From Rickettsiales bacterium (GTDB lineage: Bacteria; Pseudomonadota; Alphaproteobacteria; Rickettsiales; JABSSG01), in NCBI GenBank assembly GCA_020049805.1, contig JAGVLN010000014.1, positions 7,921 through 71,920 on the forward strand: DNA of 64,000 nt, written 5' to 3'. Of this stretch, positions 52,217 to 61,190 are shown in pieces. The position numbers and the translations under genes were made by a program. The notes under the pieces were generated by a model. That model was not told the DNA's origin, ran no database searches, and saw only the letters and a program-made list of their open reading frames with translations. How positions within the stretch are numbered: the first letter of the stretch is position 1; the number at the start of each line of letters is the position of its first letter.

Positions 52217-52678
52217 ATGGCAGGAAGCTTAAATAAAGTGTTGCTTATTGGTAATGTGGGGAAAGATCCAGAAATTCGTACTACCCAAGATGGCAAGGAA
52301 ATAGCTAGTCTTGTGCTAGCTACTTCAGACACTTGGCGCGATAAATCTACGGGTGATAAACGTGAAAGAACCGAATGGCATCGTATAGTTATTTTTTCTG
52401 AAGGTTTAGTTAATGTAGTAAAAACATACGTTAAAAAAGGTGCTAAATTATTTATTGAGGGCAGCCTACAAACAAGAAAATGGAGCGATAATGCTGGTAC
52501 TGAACGTTATACAACCGAAATAGTTTTACAAGGTTATAATTGTAGCCTAACTATGTTAGATGCTCGACAAGGCAGTGGTTCAGAAGCAGGCGGGCATAGT
52601 GATAATGGTAAAAATAAAGAAAAAGATTCTAGTAGCGATTTCTTAATGGATGATCTGGATGATGAAATTCCTTTTTAA
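52217..52678 (+). CDS. ssb: single-stranded DNA-binding protein
   Basis: MAGSLNKVLLIGNVGKDPEIRTT, and the acidic tail DDLDDEIPF. RBS GAGG lies upstream of ATG 52217. The ORF-track extension from 52079 is antisense to uvrA and is rejected. Confidence 0.93.
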   Translation: MAGSLNKVLLIGNVGKDPEIRTTQDGKEIASLVLATSDTWRDKSTGDKRERTEWHRIVIFSEGLVNVVKTYVKKGAKLFIEGSLQTRKWSDNAGTERYTTEIVLQGYNCSLTMLDARQGSGSEAGGHSDNGKNKEKDSSSDFLMDDLDDEIPF

Positions 52679-52720
52679 TTTATCAGCAATAATCTCAAAA
52701 CACAAATAATCAACTTAAAT

Positions 52721-52761
52721 AAAATATGCAGTTAATTGGTAACAAATCAACTGCATATTTT
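52721..52761. terminator. bidirectional rho-independent terminator between convergent ssb and the XerC/D gene
   Basis: A 13-bp perfect stem (AAAATATGCAGTT 52721-52733 with AACTGCATATTTT 52749-52761) and a 15-nt loop. T-rich runs follow on both strands. The right arm overlaps the recombinase stop codon. Confidence 0.6.
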
Positions 52762-53689
52762 ATTTATTTTTAGCCAAAGGATGCATTTCATAAACTACTG
52801 ACTTCAACTGATCATTTGATATATGAGTATAAATTTGAGTTGTACTTATATCCTTGTGCCCCAGTAATTCTTGAATTACTCTTAAATCAGCGCCATGGTT
52901 TAGTAAGTGGGTAGCAAAAGAGTGGCGAATCTTATGAGGTGATAACTTACTTGGGTCTATTCCTGTATTAATGGCTAATTTTTTCAATAATTTACCAAAA
53001 TATTGCCGAGTTATATGGCCTTCATTTGAGATTTTAGAAGGAAATAGGCACTTTTCATCTTTGTTATTAGTTAATAGAGGTAGATATTGCAGATATTTTT
53101 CTATAGCAATAACGGCTTTATTATGTAGGACTACTAGCCTTTCTTTACCACCTTTACCTTTAATAATGATATGAGGTTTGGCTTCTTCAGAATTCTTTTT
53201 AAATTGCACATCATTAGTTCTAAGGGTTACTAGCTCTGAAACACGCATACCTGAAGCATATAATACTTCTAACATTGCTGTAAGCCTTATTCCTTCAGGT
53301 GTTAAGTCTTGGTAACTTGTGTTAATTAATAAATTAACCTCTTCTTCGCTAAGGACCCCCGGCAATATTTTACTAGTTTTAGGAAGATCTATATTTAAGG
53401 TAGGGTTATCAGAAATAATATTTTCATTAAAAAGAAACTGATAAAATTGTCTCAGAGCAGATAGTCTTCTAGCAATAGTTTTAGGGTCAAATTTCTCTTT
53501 GGATAAGTCAATTATATAATGCCTTATATCTTCGATAGTAATATTAGTGATGGATTTAGGTATTTTTTGACAGAAATTCATAAAATCTTGTAGATCATTT
53601 TTATAAGAAATTATGGTATTTGAGGCAACATTCCTTTCTACAGTCATCATTTCTAGAAAAGATTCGATATATAAGGAATCCTTGGCCAT
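52760..53689 (-). CDS. site-specific tyrosine recombinase, XerC/XerD family
   Basis: The C-terminal catalytic region HKIRHSFATHLLNHGADLRVIQELLGHKDISTTQIYTH carries the R-H-R-Y residues. The N-terminal SAM-like domain contains ARRLSALRQFYQFL. The XerC versus XerD assignment is ambiguous by eye. Confidence 0.85.
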   Translation of the reverse strand: MAKDSLYIESFLEMMTVERNVASNTIISYKNDLQDFMNFCQKIPKSITNITIEDIRHYIIDLSKEKFDPKTIARRLSALRQFYQFLFNENIISDNPTLNIDLPKTSKILPGVLSEEEVNLLINTSYQDLTPEGIRLTAMLEVLYASGMRVSELVTLRTNDVQFKKNSEEAKPHIIIKGKGGKERLVVLHNKAVIAIEKYLQYLPLLTNNKDEKCLFPSKISNEGHITRQYFGKLLKKLAINTGIDPSKLSPHKIRHSFATHLLNHGADLRVIQELLGHKDISTTQIYTHISNDQLKSVVYEMHPLAKNK

Positions 53690-53693
53690 AAAG

Positions 53694-54101
53694 TTATTTT
53701 ATTTCTGGGTAGCGGGGGTGAGTTTTATAATAGTTTAAATATTCAACTGTAGCTGGATTTTCAGAATCTAACTCAATATGGGAGCAGTAAATTTTCTTTT
53801 CAAATCCACCTTTAACAAGTTGTTTGTTTTGGCGCTTTTTTTCTATCTCTTCAAAACTTATTTGTGACGTCTTTGCTAAAGCGTGCATAACTTCTAAGAT
53901 ATCTGCTAATTCTTCACTTAATTCTTCTTTCGAATTAGTTTCAATTGCTTCTTGAGTTTCTTCAAGTAATTTTTCTTTTAACCTGATAATAAACTCTTTG
54001 TTTTCCATAATGCGTTCATGTACTATAACACCTTGGCGGCGCATTAATTCAGAGATTTTATCGCGGCATAATTTATTAAATTTAAAAAGATGTACTGCCA
54101 T
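53694..54101 (-). CDS. MazG-like all-alpha nucleoside triphosphate pyrophosphohydrolase (house-cleaning NTP-PPase family)
   Basis: KLCRDKISELM N-terminus and the EExxEAxE...ELADILEV metal-binding helix pattern. 135 aa. Confidence 0.65.
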   Translation of the reverse strand: MAVHLFKFNKLCRDKISELMRRQGVIVHERIMENKEFIIRLKEKLLEETQEAIETNSKEELSEELADILEVMHALAKTSQISFEEIEKKRQNKQLVKGGFEKKIYCSHIELDSENPATVEYLNYYKTHPRYPEIK

Positions 54102-54116
54102 AATTTTACCACAAGA

Positions 54117-54191
54117 TGGAGGCCGGGGCCGGAATCGAACCGGCGTATAGCGGATTTGCAGTCCGCTGCATTACCACTTTGCTACCCGGCC
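54117..54191 (-). tRNA. tRNA-Cys (anticodon GCA), CCA encoded
   Basis: The reverse complement GGCCGGGTAGCAAAGTGGTAATGCAGCGGACTGCAAATCCGCTATACGCCGGTTCGATTCCGGCCCCGGCCTCCA has anticodon loop CTGCAAA and the U73 discriminator typical of Cys. 75 nt. Confidence 0.93.
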
Positions 54192-54317
54192 AACCAAGTC
54201 TCTATTATTAACTAGCTCTTTTAAATTTTTCAAGAATTATCTTATCTTTTAAGTAATTTACAAGTGACTATATAACTGATATTATTATAAAATTAAGATT
54301 TTATATATTTAAACCTC

Positions 54318-55655
54318 ATGATGAAAAGAATTATTTCAGGAATTTTTTATTTTGTTTTTGTTTTAAGTGATCATGCAATTGCTCAAACTTTAGAAGAAGC
54401 TTTAGCTTGCGCTTATGAAAATAATAATATTTTAAAAGCACGTCGTGAAGAATTAAAGGCAATTGACGAAAATGTAATGGTTGCCCTTGCTAATTTTTTA
54501 CCTACCGTGCAAGCCTCAAAACAAACTCAAGATAGTAAATACAACTCTACTACGCTTCCGACAGGTAATCAAGTTGCGTTAAGTGGTATTACTAATTCAT
54601 TATCAATTCAACAAAATATATTTAATGGTGGTACGGATGTCGCTAATATACGTAAAGCCAAGCTCCAAGTTGAAGCGCAAAGGGCGCAATTAGTTTATTA
54701 TGAACAACAAATTCTACTAGCAGCTGTTGAAGCATATTTAGGAGTAGTTAGAGCGCAAATGCAGTTGGAAGTTTATGAACAAAAGGTTAGATCTTTATAT
54801 AAATATTTAGAATCAGTTGAAGCTAGATTCCAAGTTGGGGAGAATACTAAGACAGATGTGGCACAAGCAAAATCCTCTCTTTCTAATGCTATAGCTTCAA
54901 GAATCAAAGCTCGTGGTGATCTAGCTTCAGCTAAAGCTAAATTTACATCGATTATTATGGTAGAGCCAGAAAATTTAACATTGCCAGGATACGGTCTCTT
55001 ACTACCTACAAATGTTGATGAAGCTGTAAGTGTGGCATTGAAAAAAAATCCTCAATTAATAGTATCTGAACTTCAATACAAAGCTGCTGATCAAGGTGTA
55101 AATGCAGCACGTGGTGATTTATTACCTAATGCTACTTTATCGCAAACTTGGCAAAGTGGTGATGTTGTAACGCAAAATGGGCTAACTACAACCGCAACAG
55201 TTATTAGTTTAAATGTGCCAATATTTACGCCAGCTAACTGGGCGCAATTAAGATCAACAAAAAAAGTTGCTCAGCAATATAAATATAGTTCATTAAATAG
55301 TAAACAAGATGTTATTGATGGGGCGATAAAAGCTTGGGAAGATTATGAAATTGCAAAAGCTGCAATTAGTGCTCAAGAGGATGCGGTAGCGTCAGCAAAA
55401 ATAGCATATGATGGAATGGTAGAAGAGGAAAAAGCTGGCACGCGTTCAACAGTCGATGTGATTGTAGCGCAAAATCAATATTTTGATGCAGATATAAGTT
55501 TAGTAGCTATTAAAACTAATAACGTTATATATCGTTATGCTTTGAAGTCTGCCGTAGGCGAACTTACTGCTAAAGACCTAGGATTAAAAGTACCTTTATT
55601 TGATCCATTAAAGAATTATAATAAAATTAGATGGGAATTAATAGGGTCTTTCTAA
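54318..55655 (+). CDS. tolC: TolC-family outer membrane efflux protein
   Basis: Signal peptide, LEEALACAYENNNILKARREEL, and two OEP repeats. 445 aa. Confidence 0.88.
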   Translation: MMKRIISGIFYFVFVLSDHAIAQTLEEALACAYENNNILKARREELKAIDENVMVALANFLPTVQASKQTQDSKYNSTTLPTGNQVALSGITNSLSIQQNIFNGGTDVANIRKAKLQVEAQRAQLVYYEQQILLAAVEAYLGVVRAQMQLEVYEQKVRSLYKYLESVEARFQVGENTKTDVAQAKSSLSNAIASRIKARGDLASAKAKFTSIIMVEPENLTLPGYGLLLPTNVDEAVSVALKKNPQLIVSELQYKAADQGVNAARGDLLPNATLSQTWQSGDVVTQNGLTTTATVISLNVPIFTPANWAQLRSTKKVAQQYKYSSLNSKQDVIDGAIKAWEDYEIAKAAISAQEDAVASAKIAYDGMVEEEKAGTRSTVDVIVAQNQYFDADISLVAIKTNNVIYRYALKSAVGELTAKDLGLKVPLFDPLKNYNKIRWELIGSF

Positions 55656-55667
55656 TATTAGAAAAAT

Positions 55668-56162
55668 ATGTCAGATAACACAGTTCAAGAACAATCCATA
55701 GACGATATTTTAAAAAATATACGCACTTCTATAAAAAATAAAACTATAGGCCATAAACCTGCAACTGTTAAGCATGCAGAATATGATTATGATTTATTGG
55801 AGTTAACAAATATAGTGCAGGATGATGGTAGCATATATAAAGTAAAAATCGATGACAATATCACTGCCAATCAACGAAATCAGTTGTCTAACAAGATAAT
55901 ATCTGATAATGTAATTAATGAGAAGTTACTCTCTGAGGAGGTAATTGGCGAATCTTCAAAATATATTTCTGATTTTGTAGATCAGTTACTTCGTGCGAAA
56001 TTGTTTAATGAGCAAGGCTCAGCGGATCAGCTGCGTAGGCTGACTGTTGAAGTCGTTAAACCGTATATGCAAGATTGGTTAAATAAAAATTTACCACTAA
56101 TCGTCAGAGAAATTCTTAGTAAGGAAATTAAAAATTTAATTACTAAAATTAAATCTAATTAA
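55668..56162 (+). CDS. popZ: DUF2497 / PopZ-like pole-organising protein homologue
   Basis: N-terminal SIDDILKNIRTSI (PopZ: MEEILASIRRII), a central LLELTN motif, and C-terminal VKPYMQDWLNKNLPLIVREILSKEIKNL (PopZ: LRPLLKEWLDQNLPRIVE...). The comparison to Caulobacter PopZ is from memory. Confidence 0.7.
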   Translation: MSDNTVQEQSIDDILKNIRTSIKNKTIGHKPATVKHAEYDYDLLELTNIVQDDGSIYKVKIDDNITANQRNQLSNKIISDNVINEKLLSEEVIGESSKYISDFVDQLLRAKLFNEQGSADQLRRLTVEVVKPYMQDWLNKNLPLIVREILSKEIKNLITKIKSN

Positions 56163-56180
56163 CTATAAATGAGGAAAATC

Positions 56181-56354
56181 ATGAAAACTTTAGTAAAAAT
56201 GGTATTAGTTGCATTATTCGTTGCAAATTTGGCACATGCTAGTTCAACTACAACAACTCCAACAGCTAGCTCTAATGCACCTGCTACAAGTTCATCAGCT
56301 GCTGATGGTTCAATGACAGATAGTTCTGCAGATCAAGGTGATACTAGCAACTAA
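56181..56354 (+). CDS. small secreted Ser/Thr/Ala/Asp-rich peptide (orphan)
   Basis: RBS GAGGA lies 5-7 nt upstream of ATG 56181. Signal peptide MKTLVKMVLVALFVANLAHA|SS. The mature ~37-aa product is low-complexity (SSTTTTPTASSNAPATSSSAADGSMTDSSADQGDTSN). Confidence 0.5.
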   Translation: MKTLVKMVLVALFVANLAHASSTTTTPTASSNAPATSSSAADGSMTDSSADQGDTSN

Positions 56355-56420
56355 TTTTTAATTGAGTTGTTAAATTCATAATTCAATATTGGCGGAGTAA
56401 CCTTCAGATCAAATTTAAAA

Positions 56421-57308
56421 ATGAAAAAAGTACAAAATACATTTTTGGTTTTGACTTTAATGATGTTTTTAAATTGTCTTAATATAAGAGCTGATGATAT
56501 TCCGCCAGTGTTACCCTCCCTTCCTGTACCAAGTCAAACTTTAGATAATATACCGACTACAAATCAAAAAGTTACTGTTAAAGCAATAGACGCGAATTCT
56601 CAGGATAGTCATACTGTAGCTGTAATTAATAAGCCTAATGGATCTGAGATAAAAGAACATAATACCAATATATTGTTATTAGAGTCTATTTTGTACTATT
56701 TAGGTGATATTGAAGATCCTATTACATATATTGGTCCACGGACGCTTAAGTTGCAATATTATGAGCCACAAATTTATATATTGATTGATTCTATAAAACA
56801 TCTTAATCCAGATAAACGTGGTGCAATTGCACGTTTTCTTAAAACAAATTTCAAAACAAAATATTTACCAAGTGAAATGTTTAACAAAGAAAACGCACAT
56901 TTGGCTAAACCATTATATATGACTGAAATAGTAAACTGGGCATTTAATGCGGTAGTGGCAGGCAATATTAATGTATTGAGGATATTGTTAGATAATTATG
57001 ATTTCTTACTTAATATCAAAAATGATGAAGGCTATGGCTTACTTTCTTATGCTATTTTACATCAGCGTAATGATATTATGTATATGTTAATTTATCATGG
57101 TGCCAATTTAAATGAAGAAAATAAATATATGGCTAAGCCTATTAATATAGCAGCTAGGACTAATAATTTTGAAGCTGTAAAAATACTAATTAGTAATGGT
57201 TGTGATGTGAGCCATCAAGATGTGTTCGGTAAAACCTCTCTTGATTATGCGCAAATGAATAATAATACCGAAATGTATGATTATTTATTAATGTTTAAGC
57301 GAGCATAG
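56421..57308 (+). CDS. ankyrin-repeat protein with an N-terminal signal peptide (candidate secreted effector)
   Basis: Three ANK-like repeats in the C-terminal half (GYGLLSYAILHQRNDIMYMLIYHGANLN; AKPINIAARTNNFEAVKILISNGCDVSHQD; GKTSLDYAQMNNNTEMYDYLL). N-terminus MKKVQNTFLVLTLMMFLNCLNIRA. Confidence 0.75.
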   Translation: MKKVQNTFLVLTLMMFLNCLNIRADDIPPVLPSLPVPSQTLDNIPTTNQKVTVKAIDANSQDSHTVAVINKPNGSEIKEHNTNILLLESILYYLGDIEDPITYIGPRTLKLQYYEPQIYILIDSIKHLNPDKRGAIARFLKTNFKTKYLPSEMFNKENAHLAKPLYMTEIVNWAFNAVVAGNINVLRILLDNYDFLLNIKNDEGYGLLSYAILHQRNDIMYMLIYHGANLNEENKYMAKPINIAARTNNFEAVKILISNGCDVSHQDVFGKTSLDYAQMNNNTEMYDYLLMFKRA

Positions 57309-57531
57309 AAATTTTGAATATAGTCTTCAATAATTTTGAGATTAATGCCCTGGCACCTTAATAATGTATTGGTGAGGTACAGTGGGGCCTCATTCATATT
57401 TTCTAGAAATTCACGTTTTTTTCCAGGAAGAAAGCCTATAATTGTATTCATTGTAGCTATTAAACCTAACTATTCAAAATCAGATCATTTTGTATAATTC
57501 ATATTGAGATAAGTTTATAAGGGAGATTTTT

Positions 57532-57879
57532 ATGACAATAAATTTGAAGAATATTGCTAATTCTTATTTCAAATCATGGAAAGCACATGATTTTGATAAT
57601 ATACGCTCCATTTTATCTGATGATATTACATTTATTGGTGCACTTGGTGAAGCTCATGGTATTGATGAATGTATGAATGGACTTCAAGCTTTAACTAGTA
57701 TTATGGCTGATATAGTCATTCACCACATGTGGATTGATGAATTTGATGTTATTACATGGTATGATTTATACACTACAAAAACAAGTAAACCATTGCCTGT
57801 GGCTAATTGGATGCATGTTGAAAATGATAAAATTACTAAAATTCGTGTAACTTTTGATCCTCGTCCGCTTCTTGAGTAA
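57532..57879 (+). CDS. SnoaL-like / NTF2-fold small protein
   Basis: 115 aa. The N-terminal segment NSYFKSWKAHDFDNIRSILSDDITFIG and the C-terminal segment ENDKITKIRVTFD follow the NTF2-like pattern. RBS AGGGAG. Confidence 0.6.
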   Translation: MTINLKNIANSYFKSWKAHDFDNIRSILSDDITFIGALGEAHGIDECMNGLQALTSIMADIVIHHMWIDEFDVITWYDLYTTKTSKPLPVANWMHVENDKITKIRVTFDPRPLLE

Positions 57880-58025
57880 TAGTTTATGATCAATTTTTCT
57901 TAGTTCTTGGCGCTGTAAAATAAGTAAGACCTTATTTTAGATTCAGCAAATACTTATAGTTTACTTTTAATAAAATTTTGTGTAATTTGCATTGATTTAA
58001 GTAATTTATAGGTGAATATCTTTAT

Positions 58026-59573
58026 ATGGTTTCAACTGTTAATACTTTAACTTTTAAAGGATTAGAAATTATTGATGTCCAAGTTCAGGTGCATATGGCA
58101 AATGGTTTGCCGGCTTTTAACATCGTTGGGCTTCCTGATAAAACTATTGCTGAATCCAAAGAACGCGTCAGATCAGCTTTAAATAGTTTAGCGTTATCGT
58201 TACCTCCAAAACGGATTACTATTAATCTTGCTCCTGCTGATTTAATGAAAGAAGGAAGTCATTTTGATGCAGCTATAGCATGCTGTATATTAGCTGCTTT
58301 AAATATTATTCCACAATCAATATTAGATAGTTATTTAGTATTAGGAGAATTAGGGTTAGATGGAAAATTATTGGCAGTAAATGGAGTTTTACCAGCAGCT
58401 GTTGGTGCTAATGAACGTAATATGGGTATTATTTGTCCTGCAATTAATGGTTCCGAAGCCGCATGGTCTGGAAATAAATTAATTGTTGCTGCTTCAGATC
58501 TTCTTGCTCTTATTAATCATTTTAAAGGCACACAATTATTAACTTTACCAGTAACTAAATGCGAAGGTGTTTCTAATAAATCCTATTTAGACTTAAAAGA
58601 TGTGGTTGGCCAAAAACCAGCTAAGAGAGCTTTAGAAATTGCAGCTGCCGGCAAGCATCATTTGTTAATGTCAGGACCGCCTGGGGCAGGTAAATCAATG
58701 CTTGCATCACGTCTGCCTGGTATTTTGCCAGAAATGTCAGCCATAGAAATTTTGGAAACCAGCATGATTGCGAGCATTGCAGGTGAACTTACGAATGGTC
58801 AGCTTAATACTAAAAGATCATTTAGAGCTCCTCATCACTCTTGTTCTATGGTGTCTATGGTCGGAGGTGGGCATAGCAAAAGAATAATGCCTGGGGAAAT
58901 ATCAATGGCCCATAATGGAGTATTGTTTTTAGACGAGTTTCCTGAGTTTCCAAGAACGGTTATAGATTCTTTAAGGCAACCAATAGAGAGTGGAAAAATT
59001 TTAATATCTAGAGCCAATACTCATGTCAGCTATCCAGCTAAGTTCCAACTTATTGCGGCAATGAATCCGTGTAAATGTGGTTATTTATCTGATCCTTTGA
59101 GAGCTTGTAATAAAGCTCCGAAATGCACACAAGATTATCAAAATAAGATTTCAGGACCAATTTTTGATAGAATTGATTTATTTGTTGAAGTGCCAATGAT
59201 TTCTGCAAAAGAAATTAAGAATATTACAGTTCTTAGTGAAGAAAGCTCTGAAGTTATTGCTCGGAGGGTAAAAACTGCTAGAGAAATCCAATTAAAGAGA
59301 TTTCAAGGTTTAAATATTAGTACTAATTCTGAGTTAGATGGAGATTTATTATATGAAATGGCTTTACCAGGACCAGAAGGAGTTGAATTATTAAATAAAG
59401 CTGCAGAAAAATTTTCCTTATCAATGAGAGGGTATAACCGGGTGCTAAGAGTAGCAAGAACAATAGCTGATTTAGCTACAGAAGATAAAGTTAATAAAAA
59501 TCATATAGCTGAAGCTCTAAGCTATCGTCGAATGTATATTAATCAGTTAGTAGCTTCATTGGAGTCAATATAA
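58026..59573 (+). CDS. comM: YifB/ComM family Mg-chelatase-like AAA+ ATPase
   Basis: N-terminal Lon-protease-like domain (LPAFNIVGLPDKTIAESKERVRSAL), Walker A SGPPGAGKSM, GVLFLDEFPEF, and the C-terminal RGYNRVLRVARTIADL. Confidence 0.9.
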   Translation: MVSTVNTLTFKGLEIIDVQVQVHMANGLPAFNIVGLPDKTIAESKERVRSALNSLALSLPPKRITINLAPADLMKEGSHFDAAIACCILAALNIIPQSILDSYLVLGELGLDGKLLAVNGVLPAAVGANERNMGIICPAINGSEAAWSGNKLIVAASDLLALINHFKGTQLLTLPVTKCEGVSNKSYLDLKDVVGQKPAKRALEIAAAGKHHLLMSGPPGAGKSMLASRLPGILPEMSAIEILETSMIASIAGELTNGQLNTKRSFRAPHHSCSMVSMVGGGHSKRIMPGEISMAHNGVLFLDEFPEFPRTVIDSLRQPIESGKILISRANTHVSYPAKFQLIAAMNPCKCGYLSDPLRACNKAPKCTQDYQNKISGPIFDRIDLFVEVPMISAKEIKNITVLSEESSEVIARRVKTAREIQLKRFQGLNISTNSELDGDLLYEMALPGPEGVELLNKAAEKFSLSMRGYNRVLRVARTIADLATEDKVNKNHIAEALSYRRMYINQLVASLESI

Positions 59574-59872
59574 ATAGTTTCCCCTTCATGAGCATATCCT
59601 AGAACTCGTCTTGCCTGCTCATCGAGCAAATCTATATCTAATGATTCTGATTTCAAAGCATTTACTTTATTTTCAATACTCAATCTTTCGGCTCTTAAAG
59701 TTTCTATTTCTTCTTTTAAGTTATTATATTTTTTAGAAAAGTAAAATAATGCAGATACCCCTCTTTCCCCATTAATTGCTTGATATGCACAATAAAAAAT
59801 AAGTAATATTGAAAATGAAACAAATAGTATTTTCTTAAATTGAAATTTCTTACTTTTCCTAATAGCGTACAT
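59543..59872 (-). CDS. ftsB: septum formation initiator FtsB/DivIC family
   Basis: 109 aa with a single N-terminal TM, a coiled coil (LKEEIETLRAERLSIENKVNALK) and LDEQARRVLGY. It lies downstream of eno, as in many proteobacteria. Confidence 0.8.
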   Translation of the reverse strand: MYAIRKSKKFQFKKILFVSFSILLIFYCAYQAINGERGVSALFYFSKKYNNLKEEIETLRAERLSIENKVNALKSESLDIDLLDEQARRVLGYAHEGETIYIDSNEATN

Positions 59873-59923
59873 AAATAAACAATGCTAATTAAATTATCTT
59901 TCCCACATTTAACAATAACTTAT

Positions 59924-61183
59924 TTATTCAAATTTGGCAAATTTTGCTTTATTACCTAGTAATTCTTCAATACGGATTAGTTCATTATATTTCGCTGTTC
60001 TATCTGTCCTACTCATAGAACCAGTTTTTATTTGTCCACATCCAGTTGCTACTGCTATATGAGTAATAGTTGTGTCTTCTGTTTCTCCTGAACGATGTGA
60101 TAATATAGTTTTATAAGAGGCATTATGAGCAATATTTATTGTTTCCAGAGTTTCAGTCAAAGTGCCTATCTGATTTGGTTTTATTAAGATTGCATTAGCG
60201 ATATTTTTTTTGATACCAGCACGTAATATATTCGGATTGGTAACAAAAATATCATCCCCTACTAGTTGAATTTTGTTTTTTAAAGCTATAGTAGCTAGTT
60301 GCCACCCTTCTGTATCATCTTCAGACATCGCATCTTCAATGGATGAAATAGGGTAAGCTTCAATTAGTTTAACATAGTAATCTATAAGTTGTTCAGAAGA
60401 TAAAAGTTTATTTTCTCCTGCTAAAAAATACTTACCTTCTTTATAAAATTCAGAAGCAGCTGCGTCTAATGCGAGTACCACATCTATGCCTGGTTTATAT
60501 CCAGCTCTTTCAATTGCTTTTATAATATATTCTATAGCAGCATTACTTGATTTAAAATTTGGTGCAAACCCACCTTCATCACCTACACTTGTACTAAAAT
60601 TCTCATTAGCAAGTAAAGTCTTTAAGCTATAAAAAATTTCTGATCCTATTCTAATAGCCTCTTTAATACTATTAGCAGCTATAGGCATAATCATAAATTC
60701 TTGTATATCTAAAGCATTATTGGCATGTGCTCCGCCATTTATAATGTTAATTAAAGGTATGGGAAGAGCGCATGAATTGGGATTTAGATAGGAAAATAAA
60801 GGTAAATTATTTGCTTTAGCAGCCGCTTTAGCAATTGCTAATGATGTGGCTACTATAGCATTAGCACCCAACTTTGACTTATTTTCTGTTCCATCTAACG
60901 AAATTAATAAATTATCTAAATGTTCTTGTTGTGATATTTCTTGGTTAACTAAGATACTTTTAATATCATTATTTACTGCTTTAACTGCTTGTAATACACC
61001 TTTACCGTTAAATCTGGTTTTGTCTCCATCTCGCTTTTCCAGAGCTTCTCTCTTACCAGTAGATGCGCCACTTGGTGCAGCTGCTCTTCCGTAAACACCT
61101 GATTCAAGATATACATCAACTTCAATGGTAGGGTTGCCTCTACTATCTATAATTTCTCTACCAATTATATTACTTATTTTCAT
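59924..61183 (-). CDS. eno: enolase
   Basis: [28 protein letters not shown]-type motif ([14 protein letters not shown]), IKPNQIGT. Confidence 0.96.
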   Translation of the reverse strand: MKISNIIGREIIDSRGNPTIEVDVYLESGVYGRAAAPSGASTGKREALEKRDGDKTRFNGKGVLQAVKAVNNDIKSILVNQEISQQEHLDNLLISLDGTENKSKLGANAIVATSLAIAKAAAKANNLPLFSYLNPNSCALPIPLINIINGGAHANNALDIQEFMIMPIAANSIKEAIRIGSEIFYSLKTLLANENFSTSVGDEGGFAPNFKSSNAAIEYIIKAIERAGYKPGIDVVLALDAAASEFYKEGKYFLAGENKLLSSEQLIDYYVKLIEAYPISSIEDAMSEDDTEGWQLATIALKNKIQLVGDDIFVTNPNILRAGIKKNIANAILIKPNQIGTLTETLETINIAHNASYKTILSHRSGETEDTTITHIAVATGCGQIKTGSMSRTDRTAKYNELIRIEELLGNKAKFAKFE

Positions 61184-61190
61184 CTTAATC

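Noticed and set aside
57309-57531. An SRP/4.5S RNA, tmRNA or RNase P RNA in the long GC-richer spacer.
   Set aside because: I could not find any of the conserved cores that I know, such as the SRP domain IV GGAA tetraloop context or the tmRNA tag-ORF/T-arm. It is kept only as an unclassified low-interest finding.
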